From positions 6,012-70,011 of the forward strand of contig ONIC01000096.1 in the NCBI GenBank assembly GCA_900317815.1: DNA of 64,000 nt, given 5' to 3'. The stretch comes from an uncultured Eubacteriales bacterium. Its GTDB lineage: Bacteria; Bacillota; Clostridia; Oscillospirales; Acutalibacteraceae. Positions 58,650 through 64,000 of this stretch are shown here, in pieces; positions within the stretch are counted from its first letter, which is position 1, and every line of letters starts with the position of its first letter. Position numbers and translations under genes: made by a program. Under the pieces are notes generated by a model. That model saw only the letters and a list, made by a program, of their open reading frames with translations, did not search any database and was not told the DNA's origin.

Positions 58650-59195
58650 ATGAAAAAGAATATCGGAGCAGTTTTGGCGCTCTATCCATGCCCCGTAATA
58701 GTAGTGGGCGCTATGGTTCAAGGTAAGCCGAGCTGGACGCTTGCAGCTCATGCGGGCATCGTTGCTCACTCACATCTTATGGTGTCGCTCGTTTCGGCGC
58801 ATTATATCAACAAGGGGATACGTGAGAACAAGGTCTTTTCTGTAAACATCGTTGACGCATCGTGGCTTAAAGAAGCCGATAAAATGGGAATTGTCAGCGG
58901 AAACAAAACAGACAAGTCGGGCGAATTTGCATATTCAATCGGAGAAAACGGCGCTCCGCTGATCGACAAGGCTAAGGTGTCGATTGAGTGCGAAGCGGAC
59001 GGAAACTACGAGCTTGAACATTTCGATAATTTTATCAGCAAGATACTTGCGACATATGCCGATGAAGAAGTCCTGAATGAACAGGGAAAGATCGACTATC
59101 ACACGTTCAAGCCTGCGCTTTTCGAGTTTCCAACGTATGAATACTTTGCCGCAGGAGAAAAACTGGGCGACTGCGGGAAGATGAATAAAGAATGA
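58650..59195 (+). CDS. Flavin reductase-like (FMN-binding split-barrel) protein
   Basis: 181 aa. Flavoredoxin-like beginning (LYPCPVIVVGAMVQGKP). Starts 1 nt after the AKR stop. Confidence 0.8.
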   Translation: MKKNIGAVLALYPCPVIVVGAMVQGKPSWTLAAHAGIVAHSHLMVSLVSAHYINKGIRENKVFSVNIVDASWLKEADKMGIVSGNKTDKSGEFAYSIGENGAPLIDKAKVSIECEADGNYELEHFDNFISKILATYADEEVLNEQGKIDYHTFKPALFEFPTYEYFAAGEKLGDCGKMNKE

Positions 59196-59236
59196 TAAGA
59201 TCACAGAATACGAGTAATTGAAAGGGGATCTCTTGT

Positions 59237-60019
59237 ATGAAAAGGACAGTTCTTTTGATTGCGGCATTACTTTGCGTTTTCTGGCTCTCAGCCTGCGGCA
59301 GTGCGCAGAAAAGCGAGGTATCGGCGCAGGGAGATGTGTCATCTGCAATGTCAAAGCAGGAGACGACGGAAAGCGCGAAAGTCTCTGAAGACTCCGAAGC
59401 CGCGAATGCAATTTCATCGACCGATGCGTCAGACAGCAAAACAGAGAGTAAGTCGGATATCAAAACCGAAAAGATCGACTCGGAAGACAGCGAGACGGTC
59501 GTCAGCGAAAGCAGCAGTATTGCTTCCGTTTCCGAGGAGACGGCTTCGGATAATACCGTGGTGGTGTACTTCTCGGCAACAGGTACTACTCGCGGCGTTG
59601 CAGAGCGTATCGCTTCTGTTACAAATGCCGATCTATACGAGATAGTCCCTGCTGAACCGTACAGCGATGCCGATCTCGACTGGAACGACAAAGACAGCCG
59701 CACTACTCTTGAAATGAACGATCCCGATATCCGCCCTGCGATCGCAGATGATACTATAGATCTCAGCGGATATACGACGGTATATATCGGTTATCCGATA
59801 TGGTGGGGAGACGCTCCGCGAATTATGAGTACGTTCGTAGAGTCCCACAGCTTCGACGGTATGACGGTTATACCGTTCTGTACATCGGGCGGCAGCAGTA
59901 TAGGAAGAAGCGGAGATAACCTCGCATCTCAGGCGGGCAGCGGCAACTGGCTCCCGGGCGACAGGCTTGACGGCGGGATCTCGGAGGAAGAGATAGAAAA
60001 CTGGATAAGCGGATCATAA
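59237..60019 (+). CDS. Lipoprotein-anchored flavodoxin (extracytoplasmic)
   Basis: Signal peptide with lipobox LSAC. A Ser/Glu/Asp/Thr-rich linker of about 85 aa. Flavodoxin domain (VVYFSATGTTRGVAERI...GYPIWWGDAPRI...IPFCTSGGS). Confidence 0.85.
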   Translation: MKRTVLLIAALLCVFWLSACGSAQKSEVSAQGDVSSAMSKQETTESAKVSEDSEAANAISSTDASDSKTESKSDIKTEKIDSEDSETVVSESSSIASVSEETASDNTVVVYFSATGTTRGVAERIASVTNADLYEIVPAEPYSDADLDWNDKDSRTTLEMNDPDIRPAIADDTIDLSGYTTVYIGYPIWWGDAPRIMSTFVESHSFDGMTVIPFCTSGGSSIGRSGDNLASQAGSGNWLPGDRLDGGISEEEIENWISGS

Positions 60020-60034
60020 TAGGGAGTGATCGTC

Positions 60035-60757
60035 ATGAAGACAAAGACAAGCAATACCATAAAAAGAGCAGTCGATGTCATATTGACGATCCTTCTGCTT
60101 TTTCTGACAGCGTATCAGGTGACGGGAGAAATGCTGCATGAGTGGTTCGGAATCGCAATGACTGTCCTGCTGATCGTACATCATGTGCAAAACAGAAAAT
60201 GGTACGGCGCATTGTTCAAAGGAAAGTACAATCCGTACCGCATTACCCTGACTGCTCTAAATACGCTTTTGCTTTTGTCGATAGCTATGACAGCGCTCAG
60301 CGGAATGTCTATGAGCTGTCATGCGGTACCGTTTATGTACGGCTTTATAGATGTTATGACGGCAAGACGTCTTCATCTTGCTGTGTCATACTGGACGTTC
60401 ATCTTTATGGGCGTTCACATAGGGCTGCATATCAGGACTATGACCGCAAAGCTCGGCGAAAAAAAGACGATGATCCTGAACATCGTATTCACGATCTTGT
60501 CGGGCGCAGGGCTGTGTCTGTTTCTGCGAGCAGGGATAGTGAACTATATTCTTTTCAGAACGCACTTTGCTTTCCTCGATTACGAGACTCCGAAGTGGCT
60601 CGTTATATTTGAAAACCTTGCAATGCTCCTTTTCTGGGCGCTGATCGGGTATACAGCCGCTCTCATATCACAGAAAAAGGGTGAAAAATACACTGCAAAA
60701 CCGCTTTTGCTGCCGACCGCTGCCGTTTTTATCGGCGTACTGCTTTATCTTGCTTAA
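60035..60757 (+). CDS. DUF4405-type polytopic membrane protein
   Basis: ATG at 60035 follows AGGGAG. Multiple TM helices with conserved-looking His residues (LHEWFG, LLIVHHVQNRKWY, GVHIGLHI). Confidence 0.75.
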   Translation: MKTKTSNTIKRAVDVILTILLLFLTAYQVTGEMLHEWFGIAMTVLLIVHHVQNRKWYGALFKGKYNPYRITLTALNTLLLLSIAMTALSGMSMSCHAVPFMYGFIDVMTARRLHLAVSYWTFIFMGVHIGLHIRTMTAKLGEKKTMILNIVFTILSGAGLCLFLRAGIVNYILFRTHFAFLDYETPKWLVIFENLAMLLFWALIGYTAALISQKKGEKYTAKPLLLPTAAVFIGVLLYLA

Positions 60758-60794
60758 AATAAAAAATTACCCCGAAAATGAGGTGCAACGTATT

Positions 60795-61328
60795 ATGAAG
60801 ATAGTTATACTTTTTGCAAGTCCGAATTCAAACGGTTCAACGAGCATTCTTGTGAACAGCTTTAAAAGCGGCGCACAGGAAAGCGGCCACAGCGTTGAGA
60901 TCATTGACGTATGTCGGCTGAAGATCTCTCCTTGTACAGGCTGTGTTGCCTGCGGTTATGAGGGAGAATGTGTTCAGCATGACGATAACGGCAAGATCAG
61001 GAATAGCCTTCTGTCGTGTGATATGGTCGTTTTCGCAACGCCTCTTTATTATTATGGTATGTCGGCTCAATTGAAAGCTGTTATTGATCGTTTTTGCGCT
61101 TATAACAGCAGTCTGAACAGAAGACATCTGAAATCGGCTCTGCTTGCCGTTGCGTGGAACACCGCAGACTGGACGTTTGAAGCGCTCTCGGTTCATTATA
61201 AAACTCTCGTTCGTTACATTGGTCTCGAGGATATGGGTATGGTGCTTGGTTTCGGCTGCGGAACGCCTTCAATGACAAGATCGGGAAAATATCCCAAGGC
61301 CGCTTACGATCTTGGCAGATCGCTGTAA
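60795..61328 (+). CDS. Iron-sulfur flavoprotein-like NAD(P)H-dependent FMN reductase
   Basis: ATG at 60795. MKIVILFASPNSNGST flavodoxin-like start and a compact Cys cluster (CTGCVACGYEGEC). Confidence 0.8.
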   Translation: MKIVILFASPNSNGSTSILVNSFKSGAQESGHSVEIIDVCRLKISPCTGCVACGYEGECVQHDDNGKIRNSLLSCDMVVFATPLYYYGMSAQLKAVIDRFCAYNSSLNRRHLKSALLAVAWNTADWTFEALSVHYKTLVRYIGLEDMGMVLGFGCGTPSMTRSGKYPKAAYDLGRSL

Positions 61329-61342
61329 GGGAGGGTAACAGA

Positions 61343-62515
61343 ATGAAAAAAAGAATCTTTTCTGCTGTTATGATCGCTGCTGTTTCAGCCGTTTTGTTTC
61401 CGCTTTTTGTATCTGCCGAAACGAGTGGACCGACAAATGATATGTACGGCGACATTGATTACGATGGTATAATATCTTCTGCGGACGCATTGCAGGTGCT
61501 GCGCTGCAGTGTCGGAACAGACGAGTATGATACTGTGCAGCAGGGCCTGTCGGATATTGACGACGACGGGAGTATCACAGCATCCGATGCTCTCGATATC
61601 CTGCGGTACAGCGTCGGTCTGAGCGTTGAGACTAAGGTCGGACGAGATGTAGACGGCTCACAAAAAACGGATCAAAAGAAAACACTTGTGGCGTACTTCT
61701 CCCGAACGGGAAATACAGAAACAGTGGCGGACTATATAATCGAGCTGACAAACGCAGACAGATTTGTGATCGAGGCGGCAGACCCGTATTCCGATGCCGA
61801 TATAGAGTATAATAGCGACTGCCGCGCAAACCGCGAGCAGAATGACAAATCAGTACGACCCGAGATCAAAGGTAAAATAGACGATATATCACAATACGAT
61901 ACGATCTATCTCGGCTACGCAATATGGTGGGGGCAGGAGCCTCGGATAATTGATACCTTCCTGGAGAGCTACGATTTTTCCGATATTACTGTTATACCGT
62001 TCTGTACTTCGGCAAGCTCAGGCATTTCCGCAAGCGAACGCAATATCAGAGAACTTGGTGTTGAGTTCGGTGAATTAAAGACGGGAAGACGTTTTGCGAT
62101 AGGCAGCACGAGGGAGCAGATCTCCGAGTGGGTCGGGGAAATATCTCCGACAAGGCAGAGCGACGTTGTATATGCGCACATCGGTGAAAATACGCTGCCG
62201 ATAAAGCTTGAAGACAATTCCTCGGCAAGAGCGTTTGAAGAACTGCTGAAAAACGGTGATCTGACTTTGAAAATGGACGATTACGGGAATTTTGAGAAAG
62301 TAGGCGAGCTCGGTTTTGCGCTTGAGAGAAACGACGAGGATATAACCACCGTTCCAGGCGACTTAATTCTTTATCAAGGTGATAAGATAACTATTTATTA
62401 TGATATCAACAGCTGGAGCTTTACAAGGCTCGGACATATACAGGGTAAATCGCAGGAGGAACTCAGATCAATACTCGGAAGCGGAAGCGTTACCGTGATA
62501 TTCAGTCTCAGATAA
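61343..62515 (+). CDS. Secreted dockerin - flavodoxin - cyclophilin-like three-domain protein
   Basis: Signal peptide (VSAETS). Duplicated dockerin Ca-binding segments (GDIDYDGIISSADALQVLR, SDIDDDGSITASDALDILR). Flavodoxin domain (VAYFSRTGNTE...GYAIWWGQEPRI...IPFCTSASS). C-terminal cyclophilin-like domain (LEDNSSARAFEELL...GDLILYQGDKITIYY...GSGSVTVIFS). Confidence 0.85.
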   Translation: MKKRIFSAVMIAAVSAVLFPLFVSAETSGPTNDMYGDIDYDGIISSADALQVLRCSVGTDEYDTVQQGLSDIDDDGSITASDALDILRYSVGLSVETKVGRDVDGSQKTDQKKTLVAYFSRTGNTETVADYIIELTNADRFVIEAADPYSDADIEYNSDCRANREQNDKSVRPEIKGKIDDISQYDTIYLGYAIWWGQEPRIIDTFLESYDFSDITVIPFCTSASSGISASERNIRELGVEFGELKTGRRFAIGSTREQISEWVGEISPTRQSDVVYAHIGENTLPIKLEDNSSARAFEELLKNGDLTLKMDDYGNFEKVGELGFALERNDEDITTVPGDLILYQGDKITIYYDINSWSFTRLGHIQGKSQEELRSILGSGSVTVIFSLR

Positions 62516-62527
62516 TGTATCACATAA

Positions 62528-62549
62528 CACCGCTCCGATCGGGGCGGTG
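62528..62549 (+). terminator. Hairpin after the flavodoxin operon (weak U-tract)
   Basis: CACCGCTCC-GATC-GGGGCGGTG. Confidence 0.45.
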
Positions 62550-62687
62550 CATCGTTATATTCCGGGCAGAATAATGTGCGCTCGCACGATCTGAAGATCG
62601 GACGTTTTTGAGATATCACACCTGAGCCATAATACAAAGTCGATTCAAAGATGACATTTATGTCAGCCGGTCTCGTCTGTATTTGTG

Positions 62688-62716
62688 TTGCATTGAGTCA
62701 TATTGTGTGATATAAT
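62688..62716 (+). promoter_or_regulatory. Promoter for the LRR-dockerin gene, leaving a leader of about 130 nt
   Basis: TTGCAT, 17-nt spacer, TATAAT. Confidence 0.55.
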
Positions 62717-62851
62717 ACGGGTAATATGTTTATAAACCTGAAGAAAAGAGCTGCGGGACAGCCTGACGAAGCTGCCTGACAAAAATACCGATCGGAGTCT
62801 GAAAAATGCTGCGTTCGGTCAAGCTTTACACGAATACAGAAAGGTTGGTCG

Positions 62852-63916
62852 ATGGATATGAAAAAGTATTTCGGAAAGTTCCTCTGCCTGATCGCTGCAG
62901 CGGCGATCTTTGCGGGGACGTTCCAATTTGCTGCCGCAGCCGATGGGGCAGATGCGATACACGGCAGCTTCGGTGATTACGATTACGAGCTGCTCGACGA
63001 CGGCACGGTATCTGTCACATATTACAGGGGACACGACTCGGACGTGAAGCTGCCAAATCTCATAGACGGCAAACCTGTAACGCAGATAGCAAGAGGAGCA
63101 TTTGCTGCCTGCTCTGCAATAAAAAGCGTAACGATCCCCGACTCTGTTACAAAGATCTGCAGCAGCGCATTTGCCGTTTGCGATTCGCTTGAATATGTGA
63201 GTATCCCCGACAGTGTGACCGAAATCGAAATGGACGCATTCTATCTGACAAAGTGGATCGACAGCTTTGAAGGTGATTTTTTGATCGCAGGCAAAGGTAT
63301 ACTTTTGAAATATAAGGGAGACAGCCCGAGTGTGGTCATTTCTGATAATGTCCGTGTAATAGGCTGCGGCGCTTTGTCGGATCATACCGAGCTTAAAAGC
63401 GTGACTATACCCGATTCGGTCGAAATCGTGGACGCTCTTGCTTTTTATCATACAGGTCTTGAAAAGGTCACGATACCCAATTCCGTTACGAGGATAGGAG
63501 AAAGCGCGTTCAGCCGATGCAGCGGTCTTACAAGCATTTTTATCCCGTCCACAGTAAAGGAGATCGGAGAAAGCGCATTTTCATTGTGCGATGAATTAAC
63601 TGCGGAATGCCGCCGGGGTTCCGCAGCAGAAGCATATTGTAAGGAGAATGATATCCCGTTTGAAGCAAGCGAGGGAGAGGACCTTCCGCCCGAAAAAGAG
63701 GAGCCAAAACCGACACGCACGGGTGATATCGACGGCGACGGAGAGATAACCTCCAACGACGCTTTGATGATACTTCGCTCAAGCGTGGGTGCGTTTGAGC
63801 TGACTCAATCGCAAAAATCTGCTGCCGACACTGACTCGGACCGTGAGATAACGTCAAATGACGCATTGAAGGTGCTGCGGTTCAGTATCGGAGCGATCGT
63901 CTCGTTCGATCAATAA
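62852..63916 (+). CDS. Secreted BspA-type leucine-rich-repeat protein with a C-terminal dockerin
   Basis: Signal peptide. Repeated ...SVTIPDSVT.I...AF..C..L... units. C-terminal GDIDGDGEITSNDALMILR / DTDSDREITSNDALKVLR. Confidence 0.85.
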   Translation: MDMKKYFGKFLCLIAAAAIFAGTFQFAAAADGADAIHGSFGDYDYELLDDGTVSVTYYRGHDSDVKLPNLIDGKPVTQIARGAFAACSAIKSVTIPDSVTKICSSAFAVCDSLEYVSIPDSVTEIEMDAFYLTKWIDSFEGDFLIAGKGILLKYKGDSPSVVISDNVRVIGCGALSDHTELKSVTIPDSVEIVDALAFYHTGLEKVTIPNSVTRIGESAFSRCSGLTSIFIPSTVKEIGESAFSLCDELTAECRRGSAAEAYCKENDIPFEASEGEDLPPEKEEPKPTRTGDIDGDGEITSNDALMILRSSVGAFELTQSQKSAADTDSDREITSNDALKVLRFSIGAIVSFDQ

Positions 63917-63928
63917 AAGCAAAAATAA

Positions 63929-63976
63929 ACGGTGCGATGTTTACTGCTTTTGCAGAACACCGCACCGTGTTTTTTT
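63929..63976 (+). terminator. Rho-independent terminator after the LRR-dockerin gene
   Basis: ACGGTGCG / CGCACCGT outer stem with inner CTGC/GCAG pairing, followed by GTTTTTTT. Confidence 0.8.
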
Positions 63977-64000
63977 ATTTATCTTACGCAGACCTTGGAC

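Overview
The window comes from an anaerobic, spore-forming Firmicute of the class Clostridia. Dockerin modules, spoVM and a trimeric [FeFe]-hydrogenase suggest a Ruminococcus/Oscillospiraceae-like organism; this taxonomic guess is inference only.

The left ~43 kb is densely packed housekeeping DNA:
- ynbB-like PLP enzyme, secD-secF, and a sub-threshold spoVM gene that is absent from the ORF track
- aspS-gatCAB, an acidic-tailed lipoprotein, yloV-recG, a PBP5-type carboxypeptidase and hpf
- a 10-gene minus-strand pyrimidine operon (pyrC-carA-carB-pyrK-pyrD-pyrF-HAD-pyrE-pyrB-pyrI)
- an AIM24-family gene and a metallophosphoesterase homolog that has lost all its metal ligands
- a complete bifurcating-type hydrogenase cluster (hydC/B/A, a TM1266-type regulator, hydE/G/F)
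- bioY behind tandem BirA-like operators, an aminotransferase and rnz

From ~43.6 kb onward the content is accessory:
- a ~600-bp strongly AT-rich gap
- a sortase-dependent pilus island: coiled-coil protein, signal peptidase I, LPSTG tip adhesin, LPTTG major pilin, class C sortase, a pilin ending in AVKTG, and a sortase-like protein lacking the catalytic triad
- a three-gene XRE-S24 / S24-like / DUF5131 operon
- a secreted tandem-CBM21 protein, a frameshifted GNAT and a lipase
- a six-gene flavin/flavodoxin operon that places flavodoxin domains outside the cell, one as a lipoprotein and one carried on a dockerin
- an LRR-dockerin protein

The three most novel-looking candidates are the surface flavodoxin operon, the XRE-S24/DUF5131 operon and the degenerate sortase. 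I found no rRNA, tRNA, CRISPR array, transposase or integrase. Several very long ORFs antisense to real genes were judged spurious. All calls rest on reading the sequence and on remembered family motifs; no database search was run.
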